Source: Alphaproteobacteria bacterium
GTDB taxonomy: Bacteria; Pseudomonadota; Alphaproteobacteria; UBA8366; GCA-2717185
Length of the DNA stretch: 64,000 bases
Direction: 5' to 3'
Assembly (NCBI GenBank): GCA_012103325.1
Contig: WLWY01000014.1
Coordinates: 21,218-85,217 of the forward strand
Part shown: one piece after another, positions 55,492 through 64,000 of the stretch
Position numbering within the stretch: position 1 is the stretch's first letter
How the letters are laid out: the number at the start of each line of letters is the position of its first letter
The notes under the pieces: generated by a model
The model's database searches: none
What the model was told of the DNA's origin: nothing
What the model saw: only the letters and a program-made list of their open reading frames with translations
Position numbers and translations under genes: made by a program

Positions 55492-56301
55492 ATGCGTCTC
55501 AAAGATAAGGTCGCCATCATCATCGGTGCGGGTCAGGCGCCAGGCGCCAGCGAGGCAATCGGCAATGGCCGCGCCACGGCGCTGCTTTTCGCCCGCGAAG
55601 GCGCCAAGGTCTTCTGCGTCGACCGCAATCTCGATTCGGCACAGGAGACCGCCAACCTCATCGGCAAAGAGAGCGGCGAAGCGGCCGCAACCGCCGCCGA
55701 CGTGACGGACGAAGACGCTATCGCCGCGGCGATCAGAGGCTGCGCCGACACATGGGGCCGAGTCGACATTCTGCACAACAATGTCGGCATCAGCGTCGAA
55801 GGAGGAGACGCCCCCCTCGCCGACGTAACAACCCAGGCGTTCGACCGGATCATGGACGTGAACCTTCTCGGCACCATGCTGGCCTGCAAACACGTCCTGC
55901 CGATCATGCGAGAACAAAACGGCGGCACCATCGTCAACATTTCCTCCGCCTCGTCCTACTGGACGGGACACCCGACGGTCCTCTATCCGGCGTCGAAGAT
56001 GGCGATGGTCAGCTTCACGCGTCAGATTGCCATTCAGAATGCGGACCGCGGCGTGCGGGCCAACGCCATCCTGCCCGGCCTGATGGATACGCCGATGGCG
56101 GTCGACCGCCGGGTCGAGGCGCTGGGCCGCACGCGCGAGGACATCGCCGCCGAGCGTGACGCTAAAGTTCCTCTGCTCGGCAAGATGGGCAACGGCTGGG
56201 ACGTGGCCTACGCTGCGCTGTTCCTCGCTTCAGACGAGGCGCGGTTCATCACCGGGATCGAAATGCCGGTCGACGGCGGTTCACTCGCCCGGGTCGGCTA
56301 A
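55492..56301 (+). CDS. SDR family oxidoreductase
   Basis: 269 aa. Gly-rich cofactor motif (IIGAGQAPG...), NNVG, catalytic YPASKMAM (YxxxK). Divergent from the selenoprotein operon across 78 bp. Confidence 0.88.
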   Translation: MRLKDKVAIIIGAGQAPGASEAIGNGRATALLFAREGAKVFCVDRNLDSAQETANLIGKESGEAAATAADVTDEDAIAAAIRGCADTWGRVDILHNNVGISVEGGDAPLADVTTQAFDRIMDVNLLGTMLACKHVLPIMREQNGGTIVNISSASSYWTGHPTVLYPASKMAMVSFTRQIAIQNADRGVRANAILPGLMDTPMAVDRRVEALGRTREDIAAERDAKVPLLGKMGNGWDVAYAALFLASDEARFITGIEMPVDGGSLARVG

Positions 56302-56919
56302 CCCTCTTCGACGAAACAGAGCGGCCAACGTCCGGTCGGCGCGAGCAAGCCGCCTGCGCAAAAAATCGCGGGTCCGATCCTGGTTATCGCTGTCATCCCG
56401 CCGCCAAACGGCAAGGGTCGCGAGGAAGACGGCCGTGAGACCCACTTCCTCGACCTGCCGCCGGCGGCCGCCAGCATCGAGCAACGCCGCCTCGCGCACC
56501 CACTGGATCGTGCGCGACAGGTTGAAGATCATCGGAACCCAATGGTGCGGATGCGACAGGTAGGTCTTCTCGCTCAGCATCTGGTGCGTGACCTCCCGAT
56601 GTTTCGCCAACGCGTCGAACCAGCGCATGAGGACAAAGTGGAGCCTGTCGGCTGCCGGCCATTGTGCAAAATCATCAGGCGGTGGCGCCAGCATGGTCTG
56701 CCAGGCATGTACGAACCAGGCATCGGCAACCCCGTCGAGATCCCGGTAGTGAGTCTGCAATTCGGCAAGCGGAATACCAAGCTGCTCTGCCACGGCCCGT
56801 AGGCGCACAGCGCTCCACCCAACGGTCTCGGCAAGCTCAATCGCGGCATCGACGACGCGTTCTTTCAGATCGCTGCGTGAACTGGATTTTGGGCGTTGTC
56901 TCGTAGCGCGCTTCGCCAT
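56281..56919 (-). CDS. TetR/AcrR family transcriptional regulator
   Basis: 212 aa. N-terminal HTH region VVDAAIELAETVGWSAVRLRAVAEQLGIPLAELQTHY. Its 3' end overlaps the SDR 3' end by 21 nt (convergent). Confidence 0.85.
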   Translation of the reverse strand: MAKRATRQRPKSSSRSDLKERVVDAAIELAETVGWSAVRLRAVAEQLGIPLAELQTHYRDLDGVADAWFVHAWQTMLAPPPDDFAQWPAADRLHFVLMRWFDALAKHREVTHQMLSEKTYLSHPHHWVPMIFNLSRTIQWVREAALLDAGGRRRQVEEVGLTAVFLATLAVWRRDDSDNQDRTRDFLRRRLARADRTLAALFRRRGLADPGE

Positions 56920-56988
56920 GGGCAGACCCTGCCTCGTTGCGCCTATGGAAACGAGTGTAGCCGAATTGCTGCCCGATGGTAAGCGGCG

Positions 56989-58236
56989 CTACTCAGCGCC
57001 TGCCGCGATCGCCGCCCGCCGCCGGTTCCCGGGTAGGAGTGCCGCCGCGCCGGCAGCCAACATCGCCGCCGAGCCAAATAGGATGAACAGAAATCCGAAA
57101 TCGCCATCCTTATCGAACAGCCAGCCCGCCAGATGGACGGTCAGTCCACCGACACCAAGCGCCAACACGAACTTCGCACCATAGGCCAGTGCCCGCCAAC
57201 GAAACGGCGTGTATCGAGCGACCAACATATTCTCCGCCGCCGCGAAGGCGAGCATGAAGCTCAATGTCAGCAGAACGGCGGTCAGCATTGTCACATCGCG
57301 CAGCGACACGATGACGAACAGCAACGGGACCTGCAGCAGCCAAAACACGATGTAAATCGCGCGCGCGGAATAGCGGTCCGCCATCCAGCCGCCCAATATG
57401 CTGCTGAACGACGCGAGACCGGAAACTACACCCACGAAGACGCCAATTTCGGTGTAACTTGCCGCCATTGCCGCACTGAGGCCCATTTCAAACAGTTTCG
57501 GCATGGTGTTGGTCAGCCCCGTATAGACGAACCCCGTGCAGGCCATCGTGACGGTGAGGACGATAAAGACCCGAACGAAGGCATCCGATTCCGGCGCCTC
57601 GGCCGGCGCGCGATCCGACGTGACTTCGCGAATCCAACCCGCACGCCATGCAGACAGCAGCGCCAACCCCGTTACGATCGACAGCACGCCTGGAATGATG
57701 AACGCGGCGCGCCACGTCACATAGTCGATCATCAAGCCGACGAAAACCGGCGCTATTGCACTGCCCGCATTCCCGAACACGCCGTTTATACCCAAGGTCA
57801 TCCCCTGCTTTTTTGCCGATGCGACAATCCAGGCGATGCCGACCGGGTGATAGATCGAGGCGAACAGACCGATCAGGGTCAATCCGACGAAAAGCCCCTC
57901 CGGTCCTTCCGCCAAGCCGGTGACGATGGCACCGGCCCCCATACCAATGAAAAAGACCACCATCATGCCGATCTGGCTCCACCGGTCGCCCAGCCATCCC
58001 GCAGGCAAGGCCGCAACGCCGAACAGCACAAGCCCCAGGCTCGACAAACCCAGCAACTCGCCATAGGCCAGATCGAACACCTTCGGCAGATACAGCACCG
58101 CCGTGGCGTACAGGACGGTAAACATATGCGTGTAAGTGTGCCCGACATTCGAAAAGACGATCGCCGTCAGAGCCTGTCTCTGCTCGCTATGTTCGGTCAT
58201 TGGTCGGGGCCCTTCGCAAGCTGCCACGCTCGGCAA
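56989..58236 (-). CDS. MFS transporter
   Basis: ~400-415 aa, about 12 hydrophobic helices, motif-A-like GWLGDRWS. The true start may be the internal MTEHSEQ (58200). Confidence 0.85.
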   Translation of the reverse strand: MPSVAACEGPRPMTEHSEQRQALTAIVFSNVGHTYTHMFTVLYATAVLYLPKVFDLAYGELLGLSSLGLVLFGVAALPAGWLGDRWSQIGMMVVFFIGMGAGAIVTGLAEGPEGLFVGLTLIGLFASIYHPVGIAWIVASAKKQGMTLGINGVFGNAGSAIAPVFVGLMIDYVTWRAAFIIPGVLSIVTGLALLSAWRAGWIREVTSDRAPAEAPESDAFVRVFIVLTVTMACTGFVYTGLTNTMPKLFEMGLSAAMAASYTEIGVFVGVVSGLASFSSILGGWMADRYSARAIYIVFWLLQVPLLFVIVSLRDVTMLTAVLLTLSFMLAFAAAENMLVARYTPFRWRALAYGAKFVLALGVGGLTVHLAGWLFDKDGDFGFLFILFGSAAMLAAGAAALLPGNRRRAAIAAGAE

Positions 58237-58297
58237 AATGACAGGCAGAGCGGGTCAGTACAATTAAAAATATAATGGTACCAATAGGTTCCGCATA

Positions 58298-58318
58298 CAC
58301 CAGACCAATTTTCTGGTG
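58298..58318. promoter_or_regulatory. possible operator palindrome CACCAGA-N7-TCTGGTG in the MFS/GMC divergent intergenic region
   Basis: Perfect 7-bp inverted repeat read directly. A TetR regulator gene is nearby. No experimental or comparative support. Confidence 0.25.
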
Positions 58319-58499
58319 ACCGTTCTCAACCCAATGGGGAGGCGGCTTCAAAATAGGCCGCGACGTCGGGGCAAAAAGCGGCAACGACAAACAGTGAACC
58401 TGCACGCAACCGATTTACCAGCTTGTCCCACATGCCATCCAAGGGCAGCATAACGAAAATCGAACGTCGCACATGCGGCGTTAAGAAATCGGGGGGATA

Positions 58500-60206
58500 A
58501 TGATTTACGATTATATCATCGTTGGCGGCGGTTCCGCCGGATCGGTGCTGGCGAACCGGCTGTCCGCGCGCAGCAGTAATACCGTGCTGGTGTGCGAAGC
58601 CGGCCAGGACACGCCGCATGGCAAGGTGCCGGCGGTCATCCTCGACAGCTATCCGGGTACCGCCTATCTCGACACGCGGTTCCATTGGACCGAACTTAAG
58701 GTCACGACACAAGTCGTCTCGCACAACAATCCCGACGAAAACCGCCCGCCCCTGCGCAAGTACGAGCAGGCCCGCGTTCTCGGCGGCGGCTCGTCGATCA
58801 ACGGTCAGTTGGCCAATCGCGGCGCGCCAAGCGACTTCAACGAATGGGACTCGCGTGGCGCCAAGGGCTGGGGTTGGGATTCCGTGCTGCCCTATTTCAA
58901 GAAGGTCGAGCGCGATATGGATTTCGACGGCCCCTACCACGGCAAGGAAGGCCGAATCCCCGTACGGCGCATCTTTCCCGACCTGTGGAACGGCTACTCG
59001 AAAGCGGCCGGTGAAGCGTTCAAGGCATCGGGCTTCGAATACCTCCCCGACCAAAATGGCGAGTTCAAGGACGGCTATTTTCCGATCACCTCGTCCAACG
59101 CCTACGAACGCCGTGTGTCCGCAGCAATCGGCTATCTCGACCCCGGCACACGGTTGCGCAAGAATTTGATGATTTCCACAAACACGCAAGTCCAGGAGCT
59201 CTTGTTCGAAGGCACGAAGTGCGTCGGCGTCAAGGCGCTGGTCGACGGTAAACAAACCGAATTTCGCGCCAACGAGGTCATCGTTTCCTCCGGCGCGATC
59301 CATTCGCCCGCGCATCTGATGCGCGCCGGCATCGGGCCGGTCGGGCATCTGAAGGATATGGGGATCGAAGTTCGCGCGAACCTGCCGGGTGTCGGCCAGC
59401 GCCTGATGGACCACCCCTCGATCGCCTGCGCCTCGTTCATCAAGCCGGAAGCGCGGATCAATGAATATACGCGCCGTCACATTCAGGTCTCCCTTCGCTA
59501 TTCCTCGGGGATCGGCGACGCCCCGCAGGGCGATATGTTCGCTGCGGCCGTCGCCAAATCCTCTTGGCATGCCGTCGGCGAGCAAATTGGGTCGATGATT
59601 ATTTTCGTGAACAAGACCTATTCGGAAACCGGACAGGTCAAACTAGCCTCCGCCGACTGGCGCGACGAACCGACGGTGGAGTTCAACCTTCTGTCCGACA
59701 AGCGCGATCTCGACCGGTTGGTCGACGGCTTTCGGCGCATGGCGATGCTGCAAGAGCACCCCGCGATGAAGGCGGTTACGAGCAATGTCTTTCCCGCAAG
59801 CTACAGCGACAAGGTCAAGCAGGTCGGTCTGGTCAATCGCAAGAACAAGATCCTGACCGGCATCATGGCGAAGCTGCTCGACGGTCCCGCATCGCTGCGC
59901 CGGTTTCTGATCGAGAAGCTGGTCATGGAAGGCTTCACCGTCGACGACGTGGTGCAGGACGACGACAAAGCCGAAGCCTTTGTGCGCGGCGCGGCGGTTG
60001 GCGTCTGGCACGCATCCTGCACCTGCCGGATGGGCACCGACGACGATCCGATGGCGGTCACCAGCAACACAGGCCGGGTTCGCGGCGTACAGGGTCTGCG
60101 CGTCGTCGACGCTTCGATCTTTCCGGTCGTGCCCTGCGCCAACACCAACTTCCCGACTCTGATGACCGCGGAGAAGATTAGCGATGCCATCCTCGACGGG
60201 CGCTGA
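58500..60206 (+). CDS. GMC family FAD-dependent oxidoreductase (choline dehydrogenase-like), copy 1
   Basis: 568 aa. YDYIIVGGGSAGSVLANRLS FAD fingerprint, GGGSSINGQ, C-terminal HASCTCRMG and the ...VVDASIFP active-site region. Confidence 0.92.
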   Translation: MIYDYIIVGGGSAGSVLANRLSARSSNTVLVCEAGQDTPHGKVPAVILDSYPGTAYLDTRFHWTELKVTTQVVSHNNPDENRPPLRKYEQARVLGGGSSINGQLANRGAPSDFNEWDSRGAKGWGWDSVLPYFKKVERDMDFDGPYHGKEGRIPVRRIFPDLWNGYSKAAGEAFKASGFEYLPDQNGEFKDGYFPITSSNAYERRVSAAIGYLDPGTRLRKNLMISTNTQVQELLFEGTKCVGVKALVDGKQTEFRANEVIVSSGAIHSPAHLMRAGIGPVGHLKDMGIEVRANLPGVGQRLMDHPSIACASFIKPEARINEYTRRHIQVSLRYSSGIGDAPQGDMFAAAVAKSSWHAVGEQIGSMIIFVNKTYSETGQVKLASADWRDEPTVEFNLLSDKRDLDRLVDGFRRMAMLQEHPAMKAVTSNVFPASYSDKVKQVGLVNRKNKILTGIMAKLLDGPASLRRFLIEKLVMEGFTVDDVVQDDDKAEAFVRGAAVGVWHASCTCRMGTDDDPMAVTSNTGRVRGVQGLRVVDASIFPVVPCANTNFPTLMTAEKISDAILDGR

Positions 60207-60300
60207 CGCGACGCGATGAAGCCTTTATCCTGCCTCGTTCGAATCTCGGTTATGATCGTGCGCAACTAGAGGCAAGAAACGATAGGTACGGGGAATTGGC

Positions 60301-62001
60301 ATGAGTTACGACTATATCATCGTCGGTGGCGGTTCGGCGGGGTCGGTGATGGCAAACCGTCTGTCGGCGAAAAGCGCAAACCGGGTCCTGCTGCTCGAAG
60401 CCGGTATCGATACGCCGCACGGCAAGGTGCCGCCGGATATTCTGGATAGCTATCCCGGCACCGCGTACTTCAATCCGCAATTCATCTGGAACGACCTGAA
60501 GGTCCATCTGCAACCGGTCTCGCACAACGCGCCGGATCAACGGCCGCCGTTGCGCAAATATGAGCAAGCGCGCGTCATGGGGGGCGGCTCGAGCATCAAT
60601 GGCCAGCTTGCCAATCGCGGCGCACCGCACGATTACGACGATTGGGAAGCGATGGGGGCCGAGGGCTGGAACTGGGAGTCCGTACTCCCCTATTTCCGGA
60701 AACTCGAACGCGACATGGATTTCGACGGCGAGTTTCACGGCAAAGAGGGACGCATTCCGATCCGCCGTCTCTTTCAGGACCTTTGGTCGGAGTTCGCGCA
60801 CGCATCAGCGGAAGGCTTCAAATCGGTCGGCTTCGATTACATCGAGGACCAGAACGGTAAGTTCCGCGACGGTTACTTCCCGCTAACGATGTCCAACGCC
60901 TACGACCGTCGGGTCTCCGCCGCCATCGGCTATCTTGACCCCGCGAGCCGGCAACGCCCGAACCTCGATCTACGTGCCGAGACGCGCGTCCAGGAAATCC
61001 TGTTCGACGGCACGAAGGCGACCGGTGTCGTTGTCAATCACAAAGGCCAAACGGAAACGCACCACGCCAACGAGATCATCCTCTGCTCCGGCGCCATACA
61101 TTCGCCCGCAATGCTCCTTCGGTCTGGTATCGGTCCCGTGGGACATCTGAAGGATATGGGCGTCGAGGTTCGCACCGCCCGCGAGGGCGTTGGGCAGAAC
61201 CTGATGGAACATCCGGCCATCGCCGTCTCCGCTTATCTGCATCCTTTCGCCCGACTCGATCCGCAGACCCGGCGGCACATCCATGTCGGCCTACGTTATT
61301 CATCGAAGTTAGGCGACTGCCCGCCGGGCGATATGTTCGCAGTTTGCGTCACAAAATCGGCGTGGCATTCGGTCGGCGACCGGCTCGGCTCGTTTCTCTC
61401 CTGGGTCAACAAATCCTATTCCACCGGGCAGGTCGTTCTGAATTCCGCCGATTGGCGCTCGGAACCAACGGTCGAGTTCAACATGCTGTCGGACCGGCGC
61501 GACCTGGACCGCCTGATGGATTGCTTCCGAATGCTGGTTCAAGTCTTCGAAAATCCACAGATGCAAAACGCGACCACAGATACGTTTCCATCAAGCTACA
61601 GCGAACGGGTGCGGAAAGTCGGCGTCGTTACGACGCGGAACAAGATCATCACTGGCGTAATGGGCCGGCTTCTCGATGGACCCGGCTGGCTGCGCAGCAA
61701 ACTTATTCAGTCGGTCTTGACCGAAGGCGACGACCTGCAAACGCTACTCAGCGATGACGATGCACTCGAAGCCTATATCCGCCGCACCGTGACAGGTACG
61801 TGGCACGCCTCCTGCACCTGCCGTATGGGCCGTGAGGACGACCCGATGGCGGTGACGGACCCTGCCGGCCGCGTACGCGGCGTTGCCGGGCTACGTGTCG
61901 TCGATGCGTCGGTCATGCCACGAGTGCCCTGCGCCAACACCAATATCCCGACCATCATGACATCGGAGAAGATCGCCGATGCCGTCCTTGCGGGGCGTTA
62001 G
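60301..62001 (+). CDS. GMC family FAD-dependent oxidoreductase, copy 2 (tandem paralog)
   Basis: 566 aa, collinear with copy 1 (roughly 60-65% identity by eye), same motifs. Confidence 0.92.
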   Translation: MSYDYIIVGGGSAGSVMANRLSAKSANRVLLLEAGIDTPHGKVPPDILDSYPGTAYFNPQFIWNDLKVHLQPVSHNAPDQRPPLRKYEQARVMGGGSSINGQLANRGAPHDYDDWEAMGAEGWNWESVLPYFRKLERDMDFDGEFHGKEGRIPIRRLFQDLWSEFAHASAEGFKSVGFDYIEDQNGKFRDGYFPLTMSNAYDRRVSAAIGYLDPASRQRPNLDLRAETRVQEILFDGTKATGVVVNHKGQTETHHANEIILCSGAIHSPAMLLRSGIGPVGHLKDMGVEVRTAREGVGQNLMEHPAIAVSAYLHPFARLDPQTRRHIHVGLRYSSKLGDCPPGDMFAVCVTKSAWHSVGDRLGSFLSWVNKSYSTGQVVLNSADWRSEPTVEFNMLSDRRDLDRLMDCFRMLVQVFENPQMQNATTDTFPSSYSERVRKVGVVTTRNKIITGVMGRLLDGPGWLRSKLIQSVLTEGDDLQTLLSDDDALEAYIRRTVTGTWHASCTCRMGREDDPMAVTDPAGRVRGVAGLRVVDASVMPRVPCANTNIPTIMTSEKIADAVLAGR

Positions 62002-62031
62002 GGCGCCTAAAGTTGAACTTAAAAAATGGAT

Positions 62032-62060
62032 CCGGGCTGCGATGGGAAGTCGCAGCCCGG
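62032..62060. terminator. GC-rich hairpin (11-bp stem CCGGGCTGCGA/TCGCAGCCCGG, 7-nt loop); orientation ambiguous
   Basis: Lies 30 nt after the GMC copy-2 stop. The only T/U run (AUCCAUUUUUU) is on the minus strand, 5 nt from the stem. Confidence 0.4.
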
Positions 62061-62275
62061 TGGGAGGGAGGAAAGATCGGACCGGTGTGCACGGTCTCAA
62101 CGATTACGAATGTAGCGAAACAGGTTTCTTCAAGCAGTGATATGCATCACAGAAGATCTTCTTTTCTAGAAAAGAAATTTGCATAAAATTTTATAAGAAT
62201 AATTATTTAAAGCTCATATAACTAGATATAAATTTTCATTACTTTATTTATACTTGTTTATTAATACTAAATATT

Positions 62276-62304
62276 TTGACATTCCCTATATTTTCAACTA
62301 ATAT
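62276..62304 (+). promoter_or_regulatory. near-consensus sigma70-type promoter TTGACA-N17-TAATAT
   Basis: TTGACA 62276-62281, 17-nt spacer, TAATAT 62299-62304, inside a ~200-bp AT-rich island. About 48 nt upstream of ATG 62353. Confidence 0.5.
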
Positions 62305-62352
62305 TTGGAGAAATTATTCAATATTATAGAACGTTGGGGCAAAAGTTCGAAA

Positions 62353-62628
62353 ATGCGCCAGGAAACGGTAGTATGGGCGTATAACGATATGGACGCAGCG
62401 CGCCGCCTATGGCCGCGCGTGAAGTCCATTATCGAGCGGCAGGTCGAGCGCGGAGAGCTTGAATTAAGTGTCTCTGATCAGCGCCGCATTATCGCTGCCG
62501 TGGTTAACGATTTACTGGAGCAGGAAAAACGGGGAAGACAGATCTGGTGCAAGCCGAAATCAATCAACCGGCTGCTTCGCCGTCTCCGAAAACAGAACAC
62601 CGAACTCTTAGAACAGCAAACGGCCTGA
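62353..62628 (+). CDS. small hypothetical protein (91 aa), basic C-terminus, lower GC than surroundings
   Basis: MRQETVVWAYNDMDAARRLWPRVKSIIERQVERGELELS...RLLRRLRKQNTELLEQQTA. No family recognised. The ORF-track TTG start at 62305 would coincide with the promoter, so ATG 62353 is preferred. Confidence 0.5.
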   Translation: MRQETVVWAYNDMDAARRLWPRVKSIIERQVERGELELSVSDQRRIIAAVVNDLLEQEKRGRQIWCKPKSINRLLRRLRKQNTELLEQQTA

Positions 62629-62637
62629 GTAAGGCGC

Positions 62638-64000
62638 CTAACGGTCGTTCTCTCCAAAAATTTCACTCGCACCGGCAATCAGCTGACGGCCATCCCCCGT
62701 CCGGCGCGTGAATCCGCGCTTATCGAAAAATTCTAGCAGAATAATCGCGAGATTCCGGCCGAGCCCTGAACGCTTGTTGTAAGCGCCAGCGGAAAAATTA
62801 CCGTCCGGCAACTCAGCCGCCATGTCTTCGCCGATTTGGGCCAACGCGAGAACCGTTTCCGGCAGGAAATAGCGATTGTCCGCCACACGGACCACCAATC
62901 CCGCCCGTGCGGCGCGCTGCAGGAAACGTTCGGTCGCCCGCCCGTCCAACGCCACCTCCTCGGCGATTTCCAGCACGCGGGGCGGCCGCAACCCGTGTTC
63001 CCGCAGCATTGGCTCGATCTGCGCCCAGAGCGCCGTGTCCTCCGTTGAAAAGGACGGCCGATGTCCCGGCAACATCAAATGCGTACCGTCCCGGGCGATA
63101 CGTTTCTCGCGCAACAGGTCCAGCGCGAGAGCGCTAAATACAGCCGGCGACGGCGAATGCGGGAGCGCGCGTCGAAGCCGCTCCTCCTCCGGCCCCGGCT
63201 GGTCGGGCCGCCGGGTGTGCCAGTCCTTCAAGGTCGCAACCACATCGTCGCGCAGCGCATCCCACGAGGGCCGCGCGATACCGACCGGATCGCGTGGCGG
63301 GCCGAGCCGGACCATATCGACGCTGTCCCAAAGCAGTTCCGCTTCCTCCGGCGCGATATTGCGCGCCTGCGCGAAGCGGTTCAGATCGACACCGCCAAGG
63401 CTCCCTGCGAGAATTTCCGTCAACGCCTCCGCCGCATCCGGGTTTGCCATCGCCCGAACCATCGTTAGCCGCTGCGGCCGGGCCCGCCCCCGCGCCGGCG
63501 AGAACGGATCAACGATCCGTCCGCCGCCGATCGTCCGCTGCGCCGACTGGTCACGTAAAATGAACCGGTCCCCGGCGAGCGCACCAACCGGCCCGTCGAG
63601 CACAAGCTGCACGAGACCCGTTTCCCCAGGTGTGATGGAGCCGCCCTCCAAGATCGCCACGCGCCCCGTCACCGCCGCAGCCGCCAGATGGGCATGCACC
63701 GGTGTCCAGTGTCGGAACGACCGCTGTTCCGAGCCCAGAATACGGACCATCGCATCGGCGCGGCGTGTCGGCGCGTGCGCCGTTTCGGCCAGGATCCAGT
63801 CGCCGCGGCGCACTGATTCCTTGTCGATATCGGCGCCGGTGATATTGAGCGCGCATCGTTCGCCGGCCAGCCCGCTATCCGCCTTGCGGTCCTGCGCGTG
63901 GATGGCGCGGACGCGAACCGGGTGTCCTGCCGGAGACAGCAGCAACCGGTCCCCCACCGCAACGTTTCCCGAATAAACGGTCCCGGTAACAACCAGTCCC
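62638..64000 (-). CDS. selB: selenocysteine-specific translation elongation factor SelB (5'-truncated by window edge)
   Basis: The frame stays open to the window edge (GLVVTGTVYSGNVAVGDRLLLSPAG...). EF-Tu-like beta-barrel domains II/III come first. A long C-terminal winged-helix extension follows (...ERFLQRAARAGLVVRVADNRYFLPE...NLAIILLEFFDKRGFTRRTGDGR), which is characteristic of SelB. Confidence 0.85.
   Translation of the reverse strand, partial: GLVVTGTVYSGNVAVGDRLLLSPAGHPVRVRAIHAQDRKADSGLAGERCALNITGADIDKESVRRGDWILAETAHAPTRRADAMVRILGSEQRSFRHWTPVHAHLAAAAVTGRVAILEGGSITPGETGLVQLVLDGPVGALAGDRFILRDQSAQRTIGGGRIVDPFSPARGRARPQRLTMVRAMANPDAAEALTEILAGSLGGVDLNRFAQARNIAPEEAELLWDSVDMVRLGPPRDPVGIARPSWDALRDDVVATLKDWHTRRPDQPGPEEERLRRALPHSPSPAVFSALALDLLREKRIARDGTHLMLPGHRPSFSTEDTALWAQIEPMLREHGLRPPRVLEIAEEVALDGRATERFLQRAARAGLVVRVADNRYFLPETVLALAQIGEDMAAELPDGNFSAGAYNKRSGLGRNLAIILLEFFDKRGFTRRTGDGRQLIAGASEIFGENDR

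Noticed and set aside
55414-55971. N-terminal 186 codons of ORF 55123-55971
   Set aside because: This extension runs antisense through the SDR gene at 55492-56301 and has low-complexity composition. The ATG at 55413 has a GGAGA Shine-Dalgarno and starts the conserved-looking part.
56281-56301. 21-nt convergent overlap of the SDR and TetR gene 3' ends as a regulatory feature
   Set aside because: Short 3' overlaps of convergent genes are common in compact GC-rich genomes. Nothing in the sequence indicates a special mechanism.
58326-59585. 419-aa minus-strand ORF overlapping the first GMC oxidoreductase
   Set aside because: Antisense shadow ORF. The plus-strand frame has the FAD fingerprint and GMC signatures.
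62876-63976. 366-aa plus-strand ORF opposite selB
   Set aside because: Ser/Arg/Pro-rich antisense shadow of the selB frame.
1-64000. tRNA, tRNA-Sec (selC), rRNA or tmRNA genes
   Set aside because: I scanned the intergenic regions by eye for T-loop (GGTTCGAATCC-like) and acceptor-stem patterns and saw none. This is a weak negative without tRNAscan or Infernal.

Overview
High-GC window (roughly 60-65% by eye), with alphaproteobacterium-like gene content and repeats. Three blocks stand out.

(1) 365-30868, minus strand: a two-partner-secretion locus. It reads tpsB (ShlB/FhaC type), then a single 27.8-kb gene for a 9,269-aa filamentous-haemagglutinin-like exoprotein, then an abutting secreted TPR-like protein. 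The giant gene is built from several nested tandem repeat families. It ends in a 177-aa non-repeat tail after a Cys-x4-Cys plus poly-Pro junction.

(2) 31-50 kb: housekeeping and catabolic genes. These include a periplasmic-binding-protein fold, LOG, GNAT, two SDRs, a family III CoA-transferase, hydantoinase/oxoprolinase A and B, GFA, an MDR oxidoreductase, a cupin, PPOX, MBL, a proline-racemase family protein and OsmC. Small mobile or repeat elements are scattered through it:
- a 275-bp MITE-like element with perfect 35-bp terminal inverted repeats;
- an IS4-family IS with an 11-bp target duplication, inserted in a REP-like palindrome;
- two head-to-head REP-like elements;
- an AT-rich island with a candidate CU-rich sRNA.

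(3) 50000-55413, minus strand: the most interesting item, a tightly coupled six-gene operon.
- Its first gene is invisible to the ORF track because it carries an in-frame TGA in a D-U-G-S-C context, read here as a selenocysteine U-x-x-C redox motif. A hairpin sits 11 nt downstream of the TGA.
- It is followed by three tandem paralogs of an unrecognised ~340-aa Cys-motif protein.
- Then come two tandem DMT/EamA permeases, the second broken by a G9 homopolymer frameshift.
- A selB gene, truncated at the right edge of the window, shows that the Sec-decoding machinery is present.

Downstream neighbours are an SDR, a TetR regulator, an MFS transporter and two paralogous GMC oxidoreductases. No rRNA, tRNA or CRISPR array was seen. 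All family calls rest on motif recognition by eye; no searches were run.
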